The translations under genes were made by a program, and so were the position numbers. From Trypanosoma brucei (Eukaryota): a stretch of DNA of 64,000 bases. The notes under the pieces were generated by a model, which was given only the letters and a program-made list of their open reading frames with translations, had not been told where the DNA came from and searched no databases. Position 1 is the first letter of the stretch; every line of letters starts with the position of its first letter. The stretch spans positions 1,696,001 through 1,760,000 of the forward strand of contig CP000070.1 of NCBI GenBank assembly GCA_000002445.1, written 5' to 3'. Positions 11,177 to 22,062 of the stretch are shown one piece after another.

Positions 11177-12583
11177 ATCTTCCATAACCCTCGTAGTTGT
11201 CATGCAAATGAACACAAATAATATAAATAAATATATATATTTATTTATTTATTTAGATTTTTTTTTCGTGTTGCAATGGCAGTAGACAAAGGGACCGAAA
11301 GAAATAAATTCACGAAAATAGAAAAATACAACTTGGGAAACGGTAGAGAACAAAATATTTTTTTTTACAAAAAAAAAAAAAAAACATGGTTATAATAAAA
11401 ATAAAGCGAGCGCGCAAAATTAATAAAAAAAGAAACAAAAATGCTACATCCACATTCTTTGACATTGTCCATCTGCACAAAAAAAAATAATCAAATAAAT
11501 ATTAGTACAAACATAAAAAAAAAAAAATACTCGTTTATATAACACCTATCATATAAAACATATTATATTATATGATATAATAAAAATTCAACATCACATA
11601 CCGCCTCAGGACGGGTATTATCACACATTAAAGAAGATAAGGGGAAAAAACAAAAAAAACAAAAAGTAAAAAAGAAAAGAAGTAAAAGAAGTGCTGGAAA
11701 CGGCAGTGAGTTCCATCCCAGGGAAAGAAGCCGTACTAAATAATGCTGGACGCACAAACAAAAATAATAATAATAATAATAAGAGGTAAAAATAATATAA
11801 GAACGAGTAACGGCTAACTAATCGCCTCCGTGATTGAAGTGAAGTCGTCAGATGCCACAAGCGCGCGTAAAGCACATGAGTGCAGCAATATAAAATAAAA
11901 TTTAAATTTAAAAAAAAAAAAAGAGAGAGTGTACACACAAGAGGAATGACAAAATCAAATTCTTTTTGAAAAAGGAAAACGCTCAACCTAAACAAATAGA
12001 AACGCACGAACAAAATGCTCTGAGAGCGAAAAGTACGGCGGTTTCCATGCTGCTGTTAAACAAACAGACGAGAAGAGGGGGAAATATATATATATTAAAA
12101 ATGACATAACAGCAGCAAACTATCGTAGGTGAAAAGGAACCAAACGAGTTATGCTGGCTGCGGCACATGCTTCGTTACCACTACGCCGTACTCATCGGTA
12201 CATCTATATTGGCGTATGAGGACAGATGGAACATGGGAAATCAAATATATACATATTAACACAAACAGATAAATATATTGTAAATAGGCATATAAACACC
12301 AAGAAAATAAAAAGGAAAAATACTGCAAATCAATCCAAAAGAAAATTTTTCCGTTCGACCTTCAATTACCGCTCCTTCACAAAGCCGGTTTTGTTATCTA
12401 AAGAATCATCAGCCAAGGTCACAAACAGAAGCTGCTGTCCGGGAAGGCAACAAAAAGTAAAAAAAAAAGAACAAAAACGAGGCAATGGGGTTAAATAAAC
12501 AAATAATAAAACAAACAAACAAACAGACAGACACATATATAATATTTATATGCTCACTGGAAACACCGGCAGGAAGGGGCACG

Positions 12584-14233
12584 CTACATGAGTTCTTGGA
12601 TATATATATTCCCAAAAGTATCACCGAACGCCACTGTGCTGCACCTACCACGTGTTAAGGCATACACGGGCGCCTTGCAGAACGTACTAGCGTATTCCTC
12701 ACCGGTTCGTACATCAATCAAGTACACGAATCGGTTCGCACAAGCAGCCACAACGTAGTGAGTGAAGGCTCCTGGGGCAGAACAACATAACGTCCACCCC
12801 AGTCTCCGTACCTTTGGAATACCACCACATTTCCTCACAAACTCAGCTACCGACAGCCGCATTGTGCAAACACCATCTTTGGGGTTCCACATACACAAGA
12901 AGGCCTCATCATTGCTAAATATGTGCTCACCATCTGTGGAATAACTGCAGGACAACACAACGCCCACATGCCCAGAGAGCACCGTGCGAGTGCCTCCCCT
13001 TTCCGCACCCCACACGCGTAGGGTTTTATCAGAAGATCCACTACAGATGCTCCCGCCGTCAGGACTGTAACAAACGGCTGCAATAATACCGCAATGTCGA
13101 GTATACGTGACAACCTGAGCACCCCGCATCACATCCCACACACGACACACACGGTCCTGACAACCCGCCACAATGCGTTTACTGTCTGGGCTAAAGCAAC
13201 AGCATATGACCACCTTTTCATGCTTAAATACCGTCAGTACCTTTGTGATGGCGGCGTCCCAAAGCGTAAGCGTTTTGTCTTTGCTGCCCGTTGCCAAGTA
13301 TTTGCCGTCACCGGAGAAGGCCATACACATGACCACATCACGGTGACCCGAAAAGGAACCCCTCTCCTCGTCAGCCATAAGATTCCGCAGCGTCGCATAT
13401 GTCTCCTCATTTGAACAACTCACTAAGGCCTTCTCATTAGGTGAAAGGGAAAGACACCTCACACGCGCCGAATGGCCAATTAATGTCCGGATGCGGAAGT
13501 CTCTTATGTTACGCGGTACACCGAGTTCTGCAAGTTTTAGTTTCGAAAATTCCTGCTGAGCAATCATCCGAGCCCGCAACACGGCAAAGGCATTGGGTCG
13601 AGTGGAACAAGTAAAGGAAACCCGAGCACCCTTGAGGGCCTCATCCTCCTCAGAGCTCCTACTCAGGATGGAGAGGCGTTGTTTGCCAACCTTCACCATA
13701 CCCTCATTTGCTCCCGTTTCCATTTCATCGACCCACACCTTGAAGTCCGCAAAGCAAAAGACGTTGTTTTTCCCTTTCCTGGGTCCCATGGATAGTCGAC
13801 GGCTTCCTGACCGACTTCGCCGCATCTCTTGCGGCTGCCGGTTCACTTCAGCCTTCCACTGCCTAGAGTTAACTTCATCCTTTGCCACAACGACATCATC
13901 GTAGACAAAGAGATTCTCATCGATGAGATCGGGTAGCTGCCGGCGCTGATGCTCCAGATCTTCTAGGGCAAATGAGGTTCTAGCTAACATCGAATGCACA
14001 TCAAGCAGCGAGCGGCCAGACGATCCTGCAGAACTGATGTCCGATAGCATATCCTCTTCATCAATTCTAGCGCCGCTACTACTCCTTCTTATACCGCTCG
14101 ATTTCCGACGCAATCGCCTCGCATTCAGAAAATTTTCGGATGACTGGTGTTGACTCACTGTGCTCGGCTGCCGCTGAACCCTCATAGCAAAACCAGGGTT
14201 CACCACATCAGGGACACTCGAACCGCAACCCAT
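12584..14233 (-). CDS. WD40-repeat protein whose N-terminus MGCGSS is a predicted N-myristoylation/palmitoylation motif.
   Basis: Several WD repeats are visible in the C-terminal half (GH...WD-like blocks: LATGSKDKTLTLWD, VAGCQDRVCRVWD, CSGSSDKTLRVWG). Track codon 14302-14300 is GTG; the first in-frame ATG is 14233-14231, which gives MGCGSSVPDVV... Confidence 0.75.
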   Translation of the reverse strand: MGCGSSVPDVVNPGFAMRVQRQPSTVSQHQSSENFLNARRLRRKSSGIRRSSSGARIDEEDMLSDISSAGSSGRSLLDVHSMLARTSFALEDLEHQRRQLPDLIDENLFVYDDVVVAKDEVNSRQWKAEVNRQPQEMRRSRSGSRRLSMGPRKGKNNVFCFADFKVWVDEMETGANEGMVKVGKQRLSILSRSSEEDEALKGARVSFTCSTRPNAFAVLRARMIAQQEFSKLKLAELGVPRNIRDFRIRTLIGHSARVRCLSLSPNEKALVSCSNEETYATLRNLMADEERGSFSGHRDVVMCMAFSGDGKYLATGSKDKTLTLWDAAITKVLTVFKHEKVVICCCFSPDSKRIVAGCQDRVCRVWDVMRGAQVVTYTRHCGIIAAVCYSPDGGSICSGSSDKTLRVWGAERGGTRTVLSGHVGVVLSCSYSTDGEHIFSNDEAFLCMWNPKDGVCTMRLSVAEFVRKCGGIPKVRRLGWTLCCSAPGAFTHYVVAACANRFVYLIDVRTGEEYASTFCKAPVYALTRGRCSTVAFGDTFGNIYIQELM

Positions 14234-16403
14234 ACGTTTCGAAAGAACCGCCGGAAACGGATCACGGCTCTCTCTGGAGGAAGGTTTCAAACACAATGCC
14301 ACTCAACGTAAAATAAAGAAAAAAACAAAATAAGAAAAAAACGTGGAAACAGGGGGGAAAAAAGAAAACAAAGGTACCTTCTGTAATAGACTTTTGAATT
14401 GACTTTATTACCTTGCGCCTCCACAGCCTTGTGTAGCTTTCCGCCTCTTTGCTGGTGTATAAATGTTTATATATATATATATGATAACCAGTGAGGTCGG
14501 TGCTGTCACAGTCGGTGAATTCGCACCTTCAAGTAATGGCGATAATAATTACCCTTAATACAAATACTACCTTAACCACCTTCTTCCGGTCGCTCTTCTT
14601 TTGTTTTGTTTTGCTTATGTTTTGTCTCGTTGTTGTTGTTGTTATCTATCTGTCCCTTCAACGTTACACTGCTCAAGTTAAATATGGTTGGCCGCGCCAA
14701 CTTTTCCTTTCGCTGTTTGTACACTTCTGCTGAGAGAACTTTCTGCCTCACCGCCACCACGTTAGTAGCAGATGCGGTGATAAATAAAAACAAAATAACT
14801 ACACTATTTATTTATATTTATATATTTATATATATATTGATTTGTAATAACGAGTAATTCAACTGAAACAAATATTAAGGGCTAGTCCCCGCGCAAACTC
14901 GTGATATGTAAGGACTTCCCTCGCGTACACTAAATAAGGACCCTCAGCCTTCACACATAAAGAGAAAGATATTAATATTAAAAGTAAAAGACAAAGAGAA
15001 ACACCAATGGTGAGGGAGAAAAGAAGATAAACGTAAAGAGTGGAAATAATAATAGTAGAAGCAACAATAACAGCAATTTTTTTTCTTGAAATAAACAGAA
15101 ACAATGACAGAAACACCACGCTGCAACGAGGCGGGAGCTTTGTGTTGTCGCTGATATATAATCATACCTCGTTGGATCTGAAGATACGAAAATAAAAAAG
15201 AGGGGAAAAGAGGGGAAGGAACAAAGAGAGGCAAAAAAAGAAAAAAAACACGACGTGAGAACGAGCCGAAGAGATGAAACATAAAACAACAAAAAAAAGA
15301 GCAAACTGTCAAACATCTGAACACAAAAAGGAAATCACCTTGCCTCACCTGCAGGCGCGTAGCAAATTCGTGACCTGTTTCATATACATTCACATACGCA
15401 GATATATATATATATATATATATGTAGTTGCAAATGAACGTTTGCTCGTGTATTACTTCCTCTTCAGCGGTTCCACCATCGTAGTTGTGTATTTAATGAT
15501 ATATTTTTCTATAGCTTGCCGACGATGTTGAAAAGGATCGTGGCATCAAATACAAAAGAAAGGAAGAATTAATGAATGAAGGTGAAACAAAAACAAAAAA
15601 AGGATGGAAATGGAAATGAAAGAACAAAAAGGAGTTGAAAGCGAATACAGTGTATCATTTCCCTCCAGATGGAAGCAATAGAAAGAGAGGAAGATAAAGA
15701 GAGAGAGAGAGAGCAACAAAGAGAGGAAATTCAGTACATATGGAAAAAAAAAACAAGAAAACACATCACATCACAAAAACGTAATAGCGACGAGTACGTG
15801 GAAAGAGAGAGGGGGGGACAAAAAAAATAACAAAAAAGGGAGGGAAGTGATCTAGTGCTTTTTATGGGTCTTATAACGCAAAATAACAATGCGTAGATGT
15901 GGGTTTCATTAATATTTTTTTTCTATTTCTCTCTCTCCTCTCTTTTCAACACCTTCATTTCATTTCATCTCTTCTCTTCTCTTCCCTTCGCCCCTTCTCC
16001 CCGGCCTCATTTTCGAATCTAGCCCCGCCTGAAGCCTCATATACCCAAACAAGTGGCGGAAATAAATAAATAAAAATAAAGAAAGAAAGGGCCTCATATG
16101 GCTTGCATATCGACTTATACGGTGCAGCAGTGAAGTAAAATGCTTCACTCCCTCATCCTGTTTTTCTCTTTTGTTTTTATTTAATTTATTTTTTTTATTT
16201 TTTTTTTTTTTTTGAGATAAAGGGGAGGAATAACAAAGAAAAAGGGTGTCACATAATACTAGGGCCCACCTGTAAACACCAAAATAAACAAACAAAAACA
16301 CAACTTCTGTTCTCCTTCCCTGTAGAGAAAGAGACGTAAAACGTAGATAGAACGGTAACAAGAAGAAACGAGAGAATAATGTCCCTTCGGGTATTCATAT
16401 ATA

Positions 16404-16435
<32 letters not shown>

Positions 16436-16533
16436 CTCGTCCTTTTTTTTCTTTTGCCTACACAGTTCATCTGTCGAAACGCTATCACACGTTTTTCTCT
16501 TTTCTTTTTTTTTATTTTTCATTTCTTTTCCTT

Positions 16534-18840
16534 CTAAATATCACGGTTTTGTATGAGCTCGCTGAGGATGTCTTTGGTGTAACGAAGCCGTGCAGCAATT
16601 TCTCTAGAGCGTGTCGCAACAGACGATAGCGACATTGTCACGCGGTTGCCAGTTGGTTCTGTATATGTAACAACACGCGACTCCGAACTTAGAATAACTT
16701 CCGCCTTATCATGAAAACAAACCTGAATAGTTTTGTTGGATAGACGGAATATAATTGCTTGTGGTGTGATCAACCAGCGCTTGACATATACAATATCTTC
16801 AATCATGTGCGGTCCGCTAAGTGACGGAGTAACTTCGGACACATATGGTGAGCACCGTACAACCTCCACGTTGGTATGAGAATTACGCGTTCGTGAGAGG
16901 TATGATTTAAAGTATTTGATCAATGTCACCTTCTTGGTCAGGCTTTCAGGGAACATATCCATGTGAAACGCATGTTGTTGATCTCGCGCCTGCAGGACGT
17001 TGGCATTACCACGCGCAACAACTTCCTTCACTCGCATATAATACTCTACACGGTTTGTAATGGGCTCCCACACCATTTTAGTGGAGTCGTTGAAGTGCAC
17101 ACCGGTATGGCCGGTGCTCAACCGGTAACACAACCCGTATTTTTCGGAGAAATCCGCGAAACTCGTCACCCAAACAGTGGGAAGTGGCAACGATGGCGCC
17201 GGCTCGTCTTCGCATCTGGGCGTTAATGCAGGAACTGTAGATGTTGTGGGTGAGTTCGGCACTGGCAAGGGAGCCACTTGCGGTGACCGTTTGGTTTGTG
17301 TGCGGGTGGCAACCTCACGTGGGGAAATGTCGCCTATTTCCCGTAACGTCTGATGAAGTTGATCATGCACGGCGGTGAGTTCATTCTTCTCCTCTTCCTC
17401 TATAGCTGGGTGAGGTCTCAGCTGCACACGCGGAGTTGTTGCAGTGGTTTCCGCGGATTCATCAGCACCGCCCGGTGCGGCAACTTGCGTGAGGGGTCGA
17501 ATCGCATCTGCACGAGGTGACGGGATGCTCACCGCAGCACTGTTAATGTTGTTGTTGTTGTTGTTGTTGATGTTATTGTTATTGTTGTTGTTGTTGTTGT
17601 TGCAGTCACCGCCCAAAGCCCCATGAAACCTTGCGGAAGCTACCGCCGGGCAGCTGGGTTTTAGGTGGTATCGGTCCGTTTTGGGTAGATTTGTGCTGAT
17701 AGGTTGAAGCACTTCGCGGGACACACGCGGACTCGAAATGCAGCGAACAGCTTCAACTGATTTGGGCTGCGACTGCGGTTGACGGCGTTGCGGTGTTTGT
17801 TTCTGCAACGCCGCCTGAATGTCCCCTGATTTTTGGCGGCGAAGTGGAAGTGGTCCCTGCGCATGTCCTCGGGGGTCATCCGAATGCTGACGGCGGCGTG
17901 AACTGTAGAAGAGTGTGGTAGGTGCTGTCGTCGGTGGCGGCGGGAGGCGGAAAAATGGATGTGAACGAATTTCCAGCAACGTCGGCCGTTGGTCGGGGCG
18001 GCTCTGCAGAATACTGTGAATAAGTTCCTTCCCACTCTCTGGCACATCTACATGTGAAGGAAATTCATACCGGCATTGCCTAATACGACGGTAAGTGGCC
18101 TTCACATCTGATGTCTGAAACGGCGGCTCTCCAACCAACAGCGTGTAGAGGATCACACCGAGCGACCACACATCCACTTCGTAACTATGTCCCTCGCGCG
18201 AACCTTCAATGATCTCCGGTGCGATATAATTGGGCGTGCCACAAATAGTGCGTTTCCGCTCCCCGTCGTACTGCAACTCAGCAGCCAAACCGAAGTCCCC
18301 AATCTTCACGTTCATATTTGCATCCATCATTATGTTACCAAGTTTCAGGTCACGATGAATAACACATTGCTCATGCATATATTGAATGGCGGAAAGCGAC
18401 TGCAATGCAATGTATTGTGTCTCTGGCACACTGAAACGTTGCCGGCGCTTCAATATTTCCATCAGCGTCTGATTGCTGCACTTCTCCAACAGAATATAAA
18501 CATTCCAGTCGTCATGGAAGGTCCGTATGAAGTTAACAATGTGTTTGTGCTTCATGCGGCGGTGAATGGATATCTCAGAGTGGAGTTTCTGTAGTGTCTT
18601 AGTTTTCTGCAGTAGTGAGCGGTCCACAACCTTCAACGCATACGTATCGCCACCCTGCTCCACTTCATAACACTTTGCAAAGCCACCACGCCCGAGCATC
18701 CTTCCGCAACGGAAATATCCCACGAGACGGCCACTTTTATCAAACTCCTTAAGAGTTGAACCCTCACGAAAGTCCGGCCTGTCATTTGGAGGGCGCCGCG
18801 AACTCGACGGCGTTTCACACGTCTCAGCGGTTGCGTGCAT
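16534..18840 (-). CDS. PLK: Polo-like kinase: N-terminal Ser/Thr kinase domain, a poly-Asn linker and C-terminal polo boxes.
   Basis: ATG confirmed at 18840-18838. The kinase motifs GRGGFAKCY, HRDLKLGN, DFG and GTPNYIAPE are present. Polo-box-like WVTSFADFSEKYGLCYRLS is present in the C-terminal region. The 768-aa length matches my recollection of T. brucei PLK. The poly-N linker is encoded by a (GTT)n run on the plus strand at about 17544-17603. Confidence 0.9.
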   Translation of the reverse strand: MHATAETCETPSSSRRPPNDRPDFREGSTLKEFDKSGRLVGYFRCGRMLGRGGFAKCYEVEQGGDTYALKVVDRSLLQKTKTLQKLHSEISIHRRMKHKHIVNFIRTFHDDWNVYILLEKCSNQTLMEILKRRQRFSVPETQYIALQSLSAIQYMHEQCVIHRDLKLGNIMMDANMNVKIGDFGLAAELQYDGERKRTICGTPNYIAPEIIEGSREGHSYEVDVWSLGVILYTLLVGEPPFQTSDVKATYRRIRQCRYEFPSHVDVPESGKELIHSILQSRPDQRPTLLEIRSHPFFRLPPPPTTAPTTLFYSSRRRQHSDDPRGHAQGPLPLRRQKSGDIQAALQKQTPQRRQPQSQPKSVEAVRCISSPRVSREVLQPISTNLPKTDRYHLKPSCPAVASARFHGALGGDCNNNNNNNNNNINNNNNNNINSAAVSIPSPRADAIRPLTQVAAPGGADESAETTATTPRVQLRPHPAIEEEEKNELTAVHDQLHQTLREIGDISPREVATRTQTKRSPQVAPLPVPNSPTTSTVPALTPRCEDEPAPSLPLPTVWVTSFADFSEKYGLCYRLSTGHTGVHFNDSTKMVWEPITNRVEYYMRVKEVVARGNANVLQARDQQHAFHMDMFPESLTKKVTLIKYFKSYLSRTRNSHTNVEVVRCSPYVSEVTPSLSGPHMIEDIVYVKRWLITPQAIIFRLSNKTIQVCFHDKAEVILSSESRVVTYTEPTGNRVTMSLSSVATRSREIAARLRYTKDILSELIQNRDI
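17544..17603. repeat. (GTT)n trinucleotide repeat inside the PLK CDS; it encodes poly-Asn on the minus strand.
   Basis: Direct reading of the sequence. It is interrupted by GAT and ATT variants. Confidence 0.9.
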
Positions 18841-21800
18841 TCTTTTTTTTTTTTCCCCCCCCCTCCGTTATAATCAAACCAACGCAATACAACACACGCT
18901 GACGGCAGTGCTTCAAATGTGCACAAAAGGGTAATATATGAGCGTATATAATTAGATTTATATATTTATATACACGTAGTTATATAATGAAAATATATTT
19001 TTTTTTGTTTGTTTCTGCCCAACGACGCAATGTGAGCAGCAGGTAGTAAAACAACAGAAAACAAAATAAAGAACTAAAGGGAGCGGTGTGGTGGTTGAAT
19101 CTAGTGCTATTAGTGGAGGGTAAGAAAGTTTGTTGTTGTTGTTGCTGTTTTTCTTCTTTTATTTTTTTTTCTTTTCTGAAGGGCAGAAAATAACAAAACA
19201 AAAGAAATTTAAAGCAAACGACCAAACTGATGTATTGGCGTTTGCGTGATTACCTAATCAACTAATATTTTGCTTCTACGTGACTGACAAATTCAATCCT
19301 CAGTAGCGGTGTCAGCTGTGGGTCGCCCTTTCGTTTCCTTTTTCTTTTTTCCTTCTCTTTTCTGATTTATTTGATTTTCTATATCTGTATTTTAAAAAAT
19401 GTTTCCTCCTCTATTTTTTTTTCTTTTAATTCTGTTGATTCTTTTTTTTTAATTTCGTATTCCTTTTAATCCACGTCTTACCGTCCGCTCAGATGTGGAA
19501 ATGCTTTCTAATTTGTGAAATATATATATATATATATATATATACGTTACGTTTATAAATGTGTAAATGTATGTTTACTCTTTCTAATCTGTTCTATAAA
19601 TATATTATTAAAAAACGCAATGTTCCTGTCGGTGCTTCAATTTATTATAAACTTTTTATTTTTATTTTGTATTTTTGTGAGTCAATTTTATAAACCCAAT
19701 CTCAAGACAAACAAAAAAAAACAATAGAAGCAATAAAACACTTTTTATTGCTTCTATTAGTTGAAAAATAAAAACTATTCTGATTTTCTTATTTTTTTTT
19801 GTATATTTTCTGCTTTTTTTTTTTATTTTCCTTTTCCTCAGTTATTTTTTTTTTTACTGCTTTTGTTCGTCAGGAAGTTAAAAGGGAAAAAAAGTAAATT
19901 TAATAAAACAGGAAAAAATATATGAAAACAAATGAAGATGGTTTAGTGGATCTAGTGCAATGTAACAAAAAAAAACAAAAAAAGAAAGAAACTAAATGGT
20001 TCTATAGCTACTTTATATCTTTTACTTATTTTTTTTATTTCTTTTTGTTATTTTTTTTTACTATTTTTGGAACTTCAAATCCGAAGTGTTGTTGTGATGT
20101 CAATAATAAATAAATAAATAAATAATAATAATAAAGAAGAAGAAAAAGAAGAAAGGAAGGATTTGTCATACAATGATAATAACAAAATAAGGTAAAGAGC
20201 AGACATTAATCAATACAAGAGAGAAAGAAAGAGATAGAGATAGAGAAAGAGGAAGGCAGAAAAAACATGAGGCGGCTCGATGAAATAGAGGGGAGTGAGA
20301 AAATAAACAAATAAATAAATTTATTTTTATTTTTTATAAAGGGGAGAGAGACTTTTTTAAAAAAAAAAATTGGTTCGGAAGGAATATGCATGACAGTAAA
20401 TGGCAACAACAATAATAATAATTATTATTATTATTATTATTATTTCAAAACACCACAGGCGATCTGCCTGTATATTCCCATTCAAATAAACGCCTACACA
20501 TATCTCATGTCATTACCAATAAAATATATACAAAAGGAAAATGACACGGCAACGGCAGTTAATAATAATAATAATAATAACAAACGAAGAAGAGGGGAGG
20601 GGCATTTTTTTTTTCAAAAAAAAAGGTTTTATCTCTTTTCTTTTTCTTTTTTCCTTCTTTTCAAAAAAAAAAAAAACCGCTGCCAGTCAACGCGTAACAG
20701 TACCGGGCTCTGCCGTGAGATGAAGAAGAGGAAAAAAAAAAAAGAAAAAAAAGTGGTATCATCAAAATGTCACGTGCAGAAACTTTTAACAACATGAAAT
20801 TCAGTTGATGACCTCCAGCGCCCTTTTGTATGTTTTGTTTCAACCTTTTCCCTTTTCCACTTTCTACTCATCCTTCCGTTTTCTTTTTTTATATGTATTT
20901 TATTTTATTTTATATATTTCAGTAGTCTTTATTTATTTTTTCCCCAGATCCCACTCCCCACGGGAATAATCATTGCCCATAAATAAATAAATATATGTGA
21001 ATAAAAAAAAGGAAAAAGAAATCTTCTGGGAGACTTACATGACTATGATAAATCCGCCCAACGAAATAAACTCTCATTCTTTTCTCTTTTTTTTTCTGTG
21101 CTTTCGCAGCATATCATACGAGAAATAAAATGTTTTTTTTTTTTTAAAAGAAAGAAAGAAACGTGCACTCGAAAGGACTAAACAAATGCCTCAGGTAATA
21201 GTCGAAAGGGGGGAAAAAAAGTCAATGAGAGTTTATTTCGTTGTTTTCTTCTTTCTTTTGTTTTTGTTGTTGGTGTTATTGTTGTTGTTTTTTTTTCTTT
21301 TTTTTTTCCTCCCCGCCTTTTCGATCTAACGAATCATCACACGCAATATAATTATAATGTAATGTAATGTAATGTAATAATAATAATAATATAACACGAT
21401 TCGGATTCGGGTATAGACCCTGAGTGAAGCAAACCGAAAGCAACAGCAAAAGCGTGAAAATATGAAAGGAAAATACTTTTTCACTGTAAAACTTAAAAAA
21501 AAAACACAACACAACAAAAACAAAAACAAAAACAAAACACGACTGTACGAAAAGTACGCTACTGAATCATAAAGACAACTCGAAGGGATGAAACGTAACA
21601 TATCAAAGCACAAAACGCTAATGAAAGACAGAAGGGGGGAAACAAAACAAAAAAAAAAAAACAAAGAGCCCACAACGGCACAGTACGCTCGCACACACTG
21701 CAGAGGAGGAAAAAAAAGAAAAAGAAAAAAAGAGCCATGTAACTGCCTTCAACATTGTCAACGCATTTTCTTTTTCGGATATGTGTTATTTGGTCAATAC

Positions 21801-22062
21801 CCCGCAACAAAGGATTAATGGGGAAAGAACAATACAAAGAGAAGAAGGAAAGAGTAAAAAAAAAAAAGAAAATGAGCACGAAAAGAAATAAAAAAAGAAG
21901 CAATCGCACGGTTAGCTGAGAGAATTCGCCAAGTTGATTAACAAATGTCTTCGACCCTCTAACACGCCGCGGTCGTATTTACTTCCCTCATCCCTTTTCC
22001 CTTCCTCTTTTCAGACTCCACATAATTTGTCGCTACGGTTCATGAAGTAGTGCATATTTCCT

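Noticed and set aside
17661-18047. 128-aa ORF antisense or out of frame within PLK. Similar internal ORFs occur at 42385..42786, 43046..43480, 43495..43971 and 44442..44915 inside the 1456-aa gene, and at 63543..63995.
   Set aside because: They overlap strongly supported CDSs on the opposite strand or in another frame, and they are typical GC-rich-CDS shadow ORFs.
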